Below are positions 19,640 through 29,634 of a stretch of DNA of 64,000 nucleotides, piece by piece. Location: positions 35,004 to 99,003 of the IMG/VR virus record IMGVR_UViG_3300021364_000008. One strand, given 5' to 3'. The stretch is from a virus. The notes beneath the pieces were generated by a model. It was not told the origin of the DNA. It saw nothing but the letters and a program-made list of their open reading frames with translations, and made no database searches. A program made the translations under genes and the position numbers. The first letter of the stretch is position 1, and every line of letters starts with the position of its first letter.

Positions 19640-20719
19640 ATGACTATATCAGGTGCAACTGAAACCTCATACGAATATCTTTACGAACACTTTCAACCAT
19701 CACAAGATATTCATATTTCTCATCTTCCACAAGAACTTAAGACCTCAACAAAACCAATTAAGATTCTGTGGGCACATCACGCATACGATCAACAGGTTTA
19801 TCAAAACTTCTCACACGAACAAGTTACTCATATCGTAACACCATCAAACTGGGCGAAACAAACACTATCTCATTTTCATAAAATACCAGAGAATAAGATC
19901 TCAGTCATTCCAAATGGTGTAGATACTCAATATACTTATTCAAACCAAAAACAAAAACAACTGATATATACCTCAATACCTTATAAGGCACTACCAGTCT
20001 TAGCAGCAGTGATTCCTTTGGTACATTCAATTCATCCTGATGCAAAGTTTAAAATCTTTTCATCTATGAGTCTTTATGGTCCACAGAATGATCCTTTTAT
20101 TGAACTTTACGATCACCTGAAGACTCTACCAAATGTAGAATACTCAAGGGCAATTGATCGTCAACAACTGATTCAACATTACCAAGAATCTGCATTCTTT
20201 ATCAGTCCTTGTATCTGGGAAGAGACTTTTGGTGTTGCTATGTGTGAAGCAATGAGATGTGGTGCATATCCTATCATCACAGACATTGGAGCACTGGAAG
20301 AAGTTGCAGGACCCAATCTTGCAACAGTAGTTCCTATTGAAGGTCAAAGAACTACACAAGGTTATGAAGTCACAGAACGATTTGTGAAGCAGTTTGCAGA
20401 AGCAACTTGTGTAGCATTAGATTACTTTGATAAAGACAGAAAGACTTATGATGAGGTCTCTAAGTCTTGTAGTGATTGGGTTACAAAGCAATATGATTGG
20501 AAGACTATTGCAGGACTATGGAAGAATCTTACAAAGTCATTACAGGGGCATACAGACACCTCTAGTGAGGTGACTACACCGAACGGAGCGACTGTAAGGA
20601 GCGGTGGTGTTGGATTTGCAAATAAGATCGTAGAAAGAAAAGGTGAGACTTATGTAGAAGATAAGGTAGTAGAAAGTTCGGTTGGGGGTTACTTCAACTT
20701 TGATAAATACAACAGATGA
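19640..20719 (+). CDS. Glycosyltransferase family 4 (GT-B)
   Basis: VIPNGVD and EETFGVAMCEAMRCG (ExF..ExxxxG) motifs. Confidence 0.85.
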   Translation: MTISGATETSYEYLYEHFQPSQDIHISHLPQELKTSTKPIKILWAHHAYDQQVYQNFSHEQVTHIVTPSNWAKQTLSHFHKIPENKISVIPNGVDTQYTYSNQKQKQLIYTSIPYKALPVLAAVIPLVHSIHPDAKFKIFSSMSLYGPQNDPFIELYDHLKTLPNVEYSRAIDRQQLIQHYQESAFFISPCIWEETFGVAMCEAMRCGAYPIITDIGALEEVAGPNLATVVPIEGQRTTQGYEVTERFVKQFAEATCVALDYFDKDRKTYDEVSKSCSDWVTKQYDWKTIAGLWKNLTKSLQGHTDTSSEVTTPNGATVRSGGVGFANKIVERKGETYVEDKVVESSVGGYFNFDKYNR

Positions 20720-21651
20720 ATAAACACATAGGAATTTGGAGTTTTATGTCTATTTTACCTGAAAACAGTCTTGGTCTTCGTTCTATTGAAGAATTTTCTC
20801 AAGATAAAGATAAAGCAACAGAATACTTGAAGTCAGCATTTGATAATGTCTATAAGTACCACAAACAAGATTGTGAACTCGCTCAGGGTCGTACAAACTT
20901 TCAGTTAGAGAAGTTTGCTCTTCTTGAGACTTATACACCAGAAACTGCTTACGAAAGTGTTCTCAAGTCTAGAAAACAAATGGGAGAGGGTTTGCTCACA
21001 CTCCTGTTAGATCTCGCTGGGGAAGTAAGATCTTTTGAATATCGTTGGAAAGATAAGGATAAAAATGAACCTATTTTCTGGGAAGAAGCAGCACCCGCTG
21101 GTGGTTCTGGTAAAAAGTTGCTTTGGTTTGATCTTGATGAAATGAGATTGGTTCATAGATTAAAGTCAGCAGAACTTGAGGTTCGTGATCGTCTTTATCA
21201 AATGGAGCACTTAGAAAAAATGCTTCTTAAATTAAGAGAACAACTAGGTGGGGACTTGAGTAGGGAAAGATTCTTGGAAGCTGAACACAAATATTGGGAG
21301 ATTCGCTTCGCAGAGCAATCGGCGGATGAAATTTTGAGTCGTGAAACGGGAATTTCAATCGGCAATATTCATAGTATGAGAAGAGCATCTGCACCTTCAC
21401 TTGTTGATGATAGAAATCAATTGAAAGAAGGTTACTTACCAATTACTAAGATGCTTGAGAGTCCACAAGGAAGAATGGAATTTCTTGGAGACCTTCAACG
21501 CAAAATTGCTGAAGGTTATGAAAATGTAATGGATATTGATCTTGGAACTGGTAGATTTATTCCTGCAGCAGAAAGAAACAAACTTCGTCAACAAAAAGAA
21601 CAAGGACAAATTTCTGGTTCTCCAGAAAACACTGAGATTGTTGAGGAATAA
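20716..21651 (+). CDS. Hypothetical helical protein (alternative start 20746)
   Basis: Long charged ORF, no recognised motif. Confidence 0.6.
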   Translation: MNKHIGIWSFMSILPENSLGLRSIEEFSQDKDKATEYLKSAFDNVYKYHKQDCELAQGRTNFQLEKFALLETYTPETAYESVLKSRKQMGEGLLTLLLDLAGEVRSFEYRWKDKDKNEPIFWEEAAPAGGSGKKLLWFDLDEMRLVHRLKSAELEVRDRLYQMEHLEKMLLKLREQLGGDLSRERFLEAEHKYWEIRFAEQSADEILSRETGISIGNIHSMRRASAPSLVDDRNQLKEGYLPITKMLESPQGRMEFLGDLQRKIAEGYENVMDIDLGTGRFIPAAERNKLRQQKEQGQISGSPENTEIVEE

Positions 21652-21684
21652 ATAATATCGTTCGTGAACCGACAACCAGAACAT

Positions 21685-21713
21685 AAGGACGGGATTTACT
21701 CTTGTCCTTTTTT
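21685..21713 (+). terminator. Rho-independent terminator
   Basis: aaggacggga/tcttgtcctt stem (with G-U pairs) plus T tract. Confidence 0.6.
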
Positions 21714-21745
21714 AATATCTAAATACACCAGAATATAATGATGAA

Positions 21746-22234
21746 ATGAAACATAAGATCCAAATTATAGACAACTTCCTTGACGAACCACTGACCTACA
21801 AGAACTCCAAAGACCCCAACGCAACACAAGAAATCTCAAATAAGATCGCTCATATCCTCCAAGCAAACATAAAACTCTCCTCATCCTCAAACACACCAAA
21901 TCAAATCTTTGCTGATTACTCTTGTGATTTTATTGCGATGCTTTATTTGGACTTTCCAACAGAATGTGTGAATAAAAAAGCAGTATCATTTTGGATGCAT
22001 AAAGAAACACAAGATGAAGAACTACCAAATGAAACTAAATTGAAATGGTTAGGACTTCAAAGTGTTGAAGAAATTGAGAAGTGTTATGATGTAAGTAAAG
22101 TTGAGGACTGGGAGAGGTATATGAGTTATTATATCAAATATAATCGCCTGATATTATTTGATGCGAAGATGTTTCATTCCTATGGTGATGAGAGTGATTG
22201 TAGGAAATTTAATATAGAGATAAATAATTTATAA
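21746..22234 (+). CDS. 2OG-Fe(II) oxygenase-like protein (DUF6445-like), possibly catalytically degenerate
   Basis: IIDNFLDEP N-terminus and YNRLILFDAKMFHS C-terminus; the HxD position reads FAD. Confidence 0.6.
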   Translation: MKHKIQIIDNFLDEPLTYKNSKDPNATQEISNKIAHILQANIKLSSSSNTPNQIFADYSCDFIAMLYLDFPTECVNKKAVSFWMHKETQDEELPNETKLKWLGLQSVEEIEKCYDVSKVEDWERYMSYYIKYNRLILFDAKMFHSYGDESDCRKFNIEINNL

Positions 22235-22252
22235 TAGAGTTTCTGTGTCTAA

Positions 22253-25159
22253 ATGTCTGGAATATTTGGTCTTTCTGCTTATAACGATCAAAACTTAGCA
22301 GGTCTTATACCAGATAAGACCAGAGAATCCTTTAGGGAGTATGGGTATTTTGGAGGTGGAAATGCTCCAGGAAATGTATCAACAGTAGACCGAATAGATT
22401 ACTCTAACGACACAGCAACAGCATCAGTTAGAGGTCCATTAGATATTATTAAAAGAAATGTGGAAGCAACAGGAAACTCTAACTTTGGTTATTTTGGTGG
22501 AAGTTTACCACTAAGATCAACAGTAGACCGCATAGATTACTCTAACGACACAGCAACAGCATCAGTTAGAGGTCCATTAAGTCAAGAAAAATATTCTTCT
22601 TCTGCATCTGGAAATTCAAATTTCGGTTGGTTTACTGGAGGACATACAAATGACAATATAATAGATATTAATTTTTCAATTTCAACAATAGATCGTATTG
22701 ATTATTCAAATGATTTATCTACTGCTTCTATAAGAGGAAATTTAAATCAAAATAGAACTAATCATAGTATTGCTGGAAATTCAAATTATGGATGGATTGC
22801 TGGAGGAAATCTTGCAGTAAATGATTCTCCATTTTTTACTTCTGTTGAAAGATTGGATTATTCAAATGATGTTTCATTAACATCATTTAGATCCACATCA
22901 AATGATATATCAGGTCAAGGTAATAGTGCGACAGGAAATAATAATTTTGGATATTATCATAGAGCAAATTTTCCTGCAGGAACTAATAGAACAGATTTGC
23001 AGCGTATTGATTATTCTAATGATTTAATTAGTCCAACATTGAGAGGCAATTTAACTTTACTTATTACTGGTAGGGCAGCATCTGGAAACTCTAACTTTGG
23101 TTATTTTAGTGGTGGATCATTAGTTCCAGCAGGTTATGAGCCTAACTCTTCGGTTGAAAGAATAGATTATTCTAACGACACCACAATAGCATCAGTTAGA
23201 GGTCCATTATCTTCTGCAAGGTCTTCATTAGCAGCAACCTCCTCACACAGTTTCGGTGGATCTCCAATCTCACAATACGGAGTGTTTCCAAAACCTTTTG
23301 GGTATTTTGGAAATAATGCAAATTTTTCAAGATTTGATTTCTCAAATGATACATCAGCATCCGTAAGTAGAACATCAATTTCTGGAGTTGTACTTGTAGC
23401 AAAAGCAACAGGAAATTCAAATTATGCCTGGATTGGTGGAGGATTATTTTCAGTAAGTTCCAAAGTATATCGTTTTGATTATTCAAATGATAATGCTGGT
23501 GGAGTACAAAGAGGACCATTAAGTGCTGCAAGAGGATCTTTTGCAGCAACTGGAAATTATAACTTTGGATATTTTAGTGGTGGAATAGATCCTGGAGTCC
23601 CACCAAAGTATTCAATAGTAGACCGCATTGATTACTCAAATGATAATGTAACTGCTTTAAGAAGAGGTTCCCTGAGTGCAGTAAATTATAACCATACTGG
23701 AGTTTCAAATTTAAGTTATGCTTACTTTATTGGTGGAGGTGATGGACCAACAACAAAAACTTGGGTAGAAAGAATCAATTATTCTAATGATAATGCCTCA
23801 ACATCTTATAGATCACCATTACAAAATTCAAGACGACTTCTTGCATCTTCAGGGAATTCTAATTTTGCATATGTTTCTGGAGGAGATGTTGGTGGAGTAG
23901 TAAATTCTATTGTAGAACGAATTGATTATGCAAGTGATACTTCTGCAACAAGTATTCGTGGACCATTAAGTTTAGCAAGAGCTGGATTTGCAGGAACAGG
24001 AAATTCTAATTTTGGTTATTTTGGTGGTGGTGGTGCTCCTGGACTAGTATCAACAGTAGACCGCATAGATTATTCCAATGATACTGCAACTGCAACTGCA
24101 AGAACTACAAATACTTTTAGTGATGTAGTAGATTATGGTATTTCTCCACTCACACCAAGCAGTGCATTCTCACCAGACCAACTAATTAGAGGAACATCAA
24201 ACACTGACTTCCAACCAACTTCAACATTCTTTGATATTCAGTCAATGAGAAGAATTGAAGATACTACAAATGAAAGTGTGAAGAAGAGAGTGTTGGGGTC
24301 TTATGGGTATTTTGGTGGTGGTTTAAGTCCAGATGTATCAACAGTAGAAAGAATTGATTATTCCAATGATAATTCTTCTGGTTTAATTAGAGGACCACTA
24401 TCTGGAATAAAAAGACAACCAACAGGAGTTGGAAATAATAATTTTGGTTATATAGTTGCTGGTGGAATTTCTTCACCATCATTCGTATCATTAATAGAAA
24501 GAATTGACTATTCAAATGATTCTGTAAATACATCTATAAGAGGAAATATTGATAGATCTGTGGTTTCTGCATTTTCGGTTGGAAATGAAAAATATGGGTA
24601 TATTGCTGGTGGATTTTTATACAATTCAAGAGTCCAAAGAATAGATTATTCTAATGATAATTCAACACCGACTATTAAAGGATCTTTAAATAAATTGACT
24701 GCTGGTGCTGGAGCAGCAGGAAATAACAATTTTGGGTATTTTGGTGGTGGTGGAGATGCGTCTATTTATACTTCTATAGTAGAAAGAATTAATTATTCTA
24801 ATGATTCAATTAAACCTTCAATTAGAGGTCCATTAAGTTTAGCAAGAAGTAGATTGGGAGCAACAGGAAATAACAATTTTGGGTATTTTGGTGGAGGTAG
24901 AAGTTCTGTAGATACTTCAATTATAGAAAGAATAGATTATTCCAATGATACTGTATTAGCATCTGTAAGATCAAATTTAGTTTTACCATCATATGCAGTA
25001 TCTTCTACAGGAAATTCAAACTTTGGATACTTTATTGGGTTTCCATTTTTTAGTACACATAGATTAGATTACAATAATGATACAAATAATACTATTCTAA
25101 GAGGCGCTTTATCAGCTGTAAGATATAGAGCAGCAACAACCAACGCAAGAAACTCCTAA
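22253..25159 (+). CDS. Triple six-bladed kelch-like beta-propeller protein B (18 repeats)
   Basis: Same 3 x 6 repeat architecture; ends TTNARNS. Confidence 0.8.
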   Translation: MSGIFGLSAYNDQNLAGLIPDKTRESFREYGYFGGGNAPGNVSTVDRIDYSNDTATASVRGPLDIIKRNVEATGNSNFGYFGGSLPLRSTVDRIDYSNDTATASVRGPLSQEKYSSSASGNSNFGWFTGGHTNDNIIDINFSISTIDRIDYSNDLSTASIRGNLNQNRTNHSIAGNSNYGWIAGGNLAVNDSPFFTSVERLDYSNDVSLTSFRSTSNDISGQGNSATGNNNFGYYHRANFPAGTNRTDLQRIDYSNDLISPTLRGNLTLLITGRAASGNSNFGYFSGGSLVPAGYEPNSSVERIDYSNDTTIASVRGPLSSARSSLAATSSHSFGGSPISQYGVFPKPFGYFGNNANFSRFDFSNDTSASVSRTSISGVVLVAKATGNSNYAWIGGGLFSVSSKVYRFDYSNDNAGGVQRGPLSAARGSFAATGNYNFGYFSGGIDPGVPPKYSIVDRIDYSNDNVTALRRGSLSAVNYNHTGVSNLSYAYFIGGGDGPTTKTWVERINYSNDNASTSYRSPLQNSRRLLASSGNSNFAYVSGGDVGGVVNSIVERIDYASDTSATSIRGPLSLARAGFAGTGNSNFGYFGGGGAPGLVSTVDRIDYSNDTATATARTTNTFSDVVDYGISPLTPSSAFSPDQLIRGTSNTDFQPTSTFFDIQSMRRIEDTTNESVKKRVLGSYGYFGGGLSPDVSTVERIDYSNDNSSGLIRGPLSGIKRQPTGVGNNNFGYIVAGGISSPSFVSLIERIDYSNDSVNTSIRGNIDRSVVSAFSVGNEKYGYIAGGFLYNSRVQRIDYSNDNSTPTIKGSLNKLTAGAGAAGNNNFGYFGGGGDASIYTSIVERINYSNDSIKPSIRGPLSLARSRLGATGNNNFGYFGGGRSSVDTSIIERIDYSNDTVLASVRSNLVLPSYAVSSTGNSNFGYFIGFPFFSTHRLDYNNDTNNTILRGALSAVRYRAATTNARNS

Positions 25160-25186
25160 TAAATACCTCAAACAACCCACTACATA

Positions 25187-25810
25187 ATGAGACGCTCTAT
25201 CATAATACTTGACGATTTCCACGAGAATCCACAAGAAGTCCGTAACTACGCAATATCTGCAGAGTACTCCAAAGAAGAAACTGCAACTTTTCCAGGATCA
25301 AACTCAACAACAGGTTTCCAAGAAGACCTACTAAAATCAAAGATAGAATCAATTCTTCAAAGACCCATAAAACCCTCAAATACTTTTGGATACTTTAGAT
25401 ATTCTTGGGAAACATCCAATCAAGAAAATCCAAAACTCCAAAAAGTTCATGTTGATAATGGATGGGAGTTTGGTGGAGTTTGTTACTTATCAACACCAGA
25501 ACAACTCAAAGATAATCCAGATTCGGGAACATTATTCACAAGACATAAGATCTTAAAGACAGACGCAACACCAAGAACCAAAGAAGAAGCAGAACTCTTT
25601 GGTTATACTCATTATGATGAGTTAAGACAATCAATCATTTATGGTGATGGATTAGACTTGGATAAGTGGGAGGTGTATGCTCGTTGTTTGCCTAAGTTCA
25701 ATCGTTTAGTCTTATTCCGTGCTTGGATGTATCATAGTCATTTTGTAAATTTTGGTCCAAAAGATCCAGCACAAAGTCGTCTAGTTCAATTATTCTTTTT
25801 TAATACTTGA
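25187..25810 (+). CDS. 2OG-Fe(II) oxygenase-like protein (DUF6445-like)
   Basis: ILDDFHENP, HVD, FNRLVLF...HS and RLVQLFF motifs. Confidence 0.75.
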   Translation: MRRSIIILDDFHENPQEVRNYAISAEYSKEETATFPGSNSTTGFQEDLLKSKIESILQRPIKPSNTFGYFRYSWETSNQENPKLQKVHVDNGWEFGGVCYLSTPEQLKDNPDSGTLFTRHKILKTDATPRTKEEAELFGYTHYDELRQSIIYGDGLDLDKWEVYARCLPKFNRLVLFRAWMYHSHFVNFGPKDPAQSRLVQLFFFNT

Positions 25811-26658
25811 TTATGCACTATTCATACTATTTTATGTCTGGGTTGCCCAGGAGTGGTTCTACACTCTTAAGATCCATATTAAATCAAAATGAGTCCATAT
25901 ACAGTGGACCAATCTCACCATCAGTAGAACTCCTCTACTACACAGACAAATACTTTCAATCCAGTGAGATGTTACTTGCATCACCAAATCCTCAAGGTTG
26001 TTATGATGTTCTATCCAATATGATGGATCACTTCTATCATAATATAATGGAGAAAGAAGGTAAATCAAAAATCATAGAATTCAATAGAGCAATTCCAAAT
26101 AACATTGAACGATTTAGAACTTATATTAAAGATGATGTAAGAATTGTATGTCCTGTAAGAAGTATACCAGAAATCCTTGCAAGTTTTATTAGTTTGATTC
26201 ACAAAAATAGTGATAAGGTTTCATTTGTGGATCAGTATTTGATTGATAAAGGTATTGAAGTGAATGATGATACTCGTTGTGATTACTTGATGAGTGATTA
26301 TGGTATTGTCGGTCAGGCATTATTTGCGATGAGTCGTCCATATTTGAGAAACGAACAGAGTCTATTGAAGATCGTTGAGTATGATGACCTTGTAGAGAAT
26401 ACTGATAAAGTAATGGAAGAGATCTATGACTTCTGGGGATTAGAGAAGTATTCGCATAGCTATGAGAACTTAGAGAATACTTATCCAGAGAATGATATTT
26501 TTCAGTATAATTTAGATGGGATGCATACGATTGGTAGAACAATTAAGAAGACTTGTAAGAAACCAGAAGAAGTCTTAAGTAAGGAGATCATTGAAAAGTA
26601 TAGTGGTATGGAATTTTGGAGAACTGATTGTAGTAATAAGTATTATCTTACGATCTAA
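25807..26658 (+). CDS. Sulfotransferase family protein
   Basis: PAPS-binding GLPRSGSTLL; VRS..EILAS; YDDLV. Confidence 0.85.
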   Translation: MIMHYSYYFMSGLPRSGSTLLRSILNQNESIYSGPISPSVELLYYTDKYFQSSEMLLASPNPQGCYDVLSNMMDHFYHNIMEKEGKSKIIEFNRAIPNNIERFRTYIKDDVRIVCPVRSIPEILASFISLIHKNSDKVSFVDQYLIDKGIEVNDDTRCDYLMSDYGIVGQALFAMSRPYLRNEQSLLKIVEYDDLVENTDKVMEEIYDFWGLEKYSHSYENLENTYPENDIFQYNLDGMHTIGRTIKKTCKKPEEVLSKEIIEKYSGMEFWRTDCSNKYYLTI

Positions 26659-26686
26659 TAAATAATCAATAAAGTGTCTAAAACTG

Positions 26687-29608
26687 ATGGCGGACAATAA
26701 AAATATTCAAAAAGTGTTTGGTCTTAGTGATTATCGCAAACTTCAATTAACATCTAAAATACCTGAGAGAGGTAGAGAATCCTTCAGGGAGTATGGATAC
26801 TATTCAATGGGTGCTCCTTTTGGGCAACATGGTTTTACTAATGTCTATCGGTTAGATTTTACAAATGATACTAATATATTAAATATTCATAATTATTTAA
26901 ATATTAGACGCAGTTTAGCAGCAGCAGCAGGAAACTCTAACTCTGGATATTTTGGTGGTGGTTCTTTTGGACAATCAATATCATCAATAGAACGAATAGA
27001 CTATGCAAATGATGTTGCAACTCCATCATTTAGAGGTCCATTAAGTTTAGCAAGATCTAGATTAGCAGCAACAGGAAACTCCAATTTTGGTTATTTTGCT
27101 GGGGGAATGATTTCAGAATCATCTAATAATACATCAAGAACAGATAGAATTAATTATTCAAATGATTTAGCAACTGCAGCAATAAGAGGTCCATTATCAT
27201 TCGCCAGGCAATCGGTGGGTGCAGCATTTTCTAATAGTAAATATGGTTATTTTACTGGGGGGTCATTAGTACAATATTATGCTCCAGTATTTTCTACAAT
27301 TGAAAGAATAGATTATTCCAATGATATTTTTTTACCATCAATTAGGGGTCCTTTAAGTTCTGCAAGAAGATACGCAGCAGGAATTGGAAATTTAAATTAT
27401 GGATATTCTGGTGGAGGAAGAAATACTCCAGCCAATGCTATATCTTTAGTAGATCGCATTGATTACTCAAATGATACGGCACAATCAAGTCCAAGAGGTA
27501 ATTTAGTCCGGGCAAGAACTAATCTTGGTGCAACAGGAAATTCTAATTTTGCTTGGTTTATGGGTGGATTTTCCTCAATGATTGATAGAGTAGATTATGC
27601 AAATGATACAATAACTTCAACAAGTAGAGGAAGATTAGATAGTAGTTTATATGGCGGACAAGCAACCTCCTCACACAGTTTCGGTGGATCTCCAAACTCT
27701 TCATTTGCCTCTAACTTTACATTTCCTACTGTTCCTAATGCTGGGTATTTTGGTGGTGGTACTATTCCAGGACCAGCAGTAACAGCAAGTATTGATAAAG
27801 TAGATTATGCAAATGATACAGCAACTGCAAGTGTTCGTAGTGCTTTGAGTGTTGCAAGAAACTCAATTGGTTCTATTGGTAATAATTCTTTTGGTTATTT
27901 TGCTGGTGGATTTATTCCAAGTCCAGCAACATTTTCAACAATAGATCGCATAGAATATTCAAGTGATACACAAAACACAATAACAAGAGGTCCATTAAGT
28001 TCTTCTAAAGGACAAATATCTGGTACAGGAAACTCAAACTTTGGTTATTTTGGTGGTGGTACTCCTGGACCAAGATCAACAGTAGACCGCATAGACTACT
28101 CTAACGACTCAGCAACAGTAAGTGTTAGAGGTCCATTAAGTTTAGCAAAAAGATATTTTTCAACATTAAGTAATTTTAATTTTGGTTATAATTGCGGTGG
28201 TTATGTTCCTGCCGGAAATGCATCAAATGTAGACCGCATAGATTACTCCAATGATACAGCAACAGCATTAGCAAGAGGACCACTACAATCAGTATCATCA
28301 CATACAAGCGGAGGTGCAGGAAATATTAATTTTGGTTATGCATTTAATGGAATTTTTGGTGGAGATAGATCAATTATAAATCGCATAGATTATTCTAACG
28401 ATACTCAAACAGCATCAGTAAGAGGTCCTTTAAGTACATATTCTGCATTTAGAGCGATGACTGGAAGTTCCAGTTTTGGATATGTTGGTGGTGGTGATGC
28501 AATATCAACAATAGACCGTATCAACTTCTCAAACGATACTGCAATCGCACAAGTAAGAGGACCACTACCAGTTGCTAAAAGTAGTGGAGCAGCAACCTCA
28601 CCACTTGCTTATGGTGGTGCTCCAATTTATTTCACCAATCCACTTCCACAAGTCTTCCAGGACCAGATTGAGTTTGATGATTCTAATACACTTGATTTAC
28701 CATTTAAGAGAGTGTTGGGGTCTTATGGGTATTTTGGTGGAGGTTCTTCTATTCTAAGTAGAATAGATTTTTCAAATGATTTAGCAACTTCATCAAGTAG
28801 ATCTGTTGTTGTGATTACTAGTGATGAAGCATATGCAGGAACTGGGAATAATAATTTTGGTTATTTTGGTGGTGGGTATTTTTCTGCATTGGGAACTTCT
28901 ACAGTAGGAAGAGTTGATTATTCTAATGATAATGCTATTTGTTCTATAAGAGGACCACTTACAACATCACTACGATTACAATCTGCATCAGGTACAAATA
29001 ATTTTGGATATTTTGCTGGCGGAATTGCTATTGGTGTGACTAGATCAACAATAACAAGAATAGATTATTCAAATGATTTAGCAACATCTCAAAATAGATC
29101 TAATATGAAATTTAGCAAAACTGTAATGGGATTTACAAGTAATTCTAATTTTGGTTATTTAGCAGCGGGATTTCAATTTCCAAGCACTGCGTATTCTAAT
29201 GTAGAAAGAATAAATTATTCAAATGATAATATTTCACCAACTACTAGAGGTAATTTAAGTTCAAATAAAAATAATTCCTTTTATTATAGTTTTGGTTCAA
29301 CAGGAAACTCCAACTTTGGTTATTTTGGTGCTGGAACAAATTCTGGACCATTATCAACAGTAGACCGCATAGATTACTCTAACGATACAGCAACAGCATC
29401 AGTAAGAGGACCATTAAGTTTAGCAAGAAGAGAATTAGCAGCAACAGGAAATTCTAACTTTGGTTATTTTGGTGGTGGTGCTCCTGGACCAAGATCAAGA
29501 GTAGACCGCATAGATTACTCTAACGATACAGCAACAGCATCAGTAAGAGGTCCATTTTCTTTTGCAAGAGTATCATATTGCGCCACAACCAACGCAAGAA
29601 ACTCCTAA
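26687..29608 (+). CDS. Triple six-bladed kelch-like beta-propeller protein C (18 repeats)
   Basis: Same 3 x 6 repeat architecture; ends TTNARNS. Confidence 0.8.
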   Translation: MADNKNIQKVFGLSDYRKLQLTSKIPERGRESFREYGYYSMGAPFGQHGFTNVYRLDFTNDTNILNIHNYLNIRRSLAAAAGNSNSGYFGGGSFGQSISSIERIDYANDVATPSFRGPLSLARSRLAATGNSNFGYFAGGMISESSNNTSRTDRINYSNDLATAAIRGPLSFARQSVGAAFSNSKYGYFTGGSLVQYYAPVFSTIERIDYSNDIFLPSIRGPLSSARRYAAGIGNLNYGYSGGGRNTPANAISLVDRIDYSNDTAQSSPRGNLVRARTNLGATGNSNFAWFMGGFSSMIDRVDYANDTITSTSRGRLDSSLYGGQATSSHSFGGSPNSSFASNFTFPTVPNAGYFGGGTIPGPAVTASIDKVDYANDTATASVRSALSVARNSIGSIGNNSFGYFAGGFIPSPATFSTIDRIEYSSDTQNTITRGPLSSSKGQISGTGNSNFGYFGGGTPGPRSTVDRIDYSNDSATVSVRGPLSLAKRYFSTLSNFNFGYNCGGYVPAGNASNVDRIDYSNDTATALARGPLQSVSSHTSGGAGNINFGYAFNGIFGGDRSIINRIDYSNDTQTASVRGPLSTYSAFRAMTGSSSFGYVGGGDAISTIDRINFSNDTAIAQVRGPLPVAKSSGAATSPLAYGGAPIYFTNPLPQVFQDQIEFDDSNTLDLPFKRVLGSYGYFGGGSSILSRIDFSNDLATSSSRSVVVITSDEAYAGTGNNNFGYFGGGYFSALGTSTVGRVDYSNDNAICSIRGPLTTSLRLQSASGTNNFGYFAGGIAIGVTRSTITRIDYSNDLATSQNRSNMKFSKTVMGFTSNSNFGYLAAGFQFPSTAYSNVERINYSNDNISPTTRGNLSSNKNNSFYYSFGSTGNSNFGYFGAGTNSGPLSTVDRIDYSNDTATASVRGPLSLARRELAATGNSNFGYFGGGAPGPRSRVDRIDYSNDTATASVRGPFSFARVSYCATTNARNS

Positions 29609-29634
29609 TAAATACTAAAAACAACTTCAATACT

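Larger units (their letters stand above)
16838..29600 (+). repeat. Dispersed ~130-160 bp coding repeat family (54 blade units in three genes)
   Basis: Near-identical core gtagaccg(c/a)atagat/c recurs near 18512, 22379, 22517, 24050, 28076, 28229, 29354 and 29501. Confidence 0.9.

Noticed and set aside
16733-29608. Diversity-generating retroelement explaining the propeller variation
   Set aside because: No reverse transcriptase or non-coding template repeat in the window; differences between near-identical copies include C/T changes and indels, not only adenines. An RT elsewhere in the genome cannot be excluded.
16733-29608. CRISPR array or invertible shufflon
   Set aside because: Repeats are degenerate, in-frame, coding and all direct; no cas or site-specific recombinase genes are present
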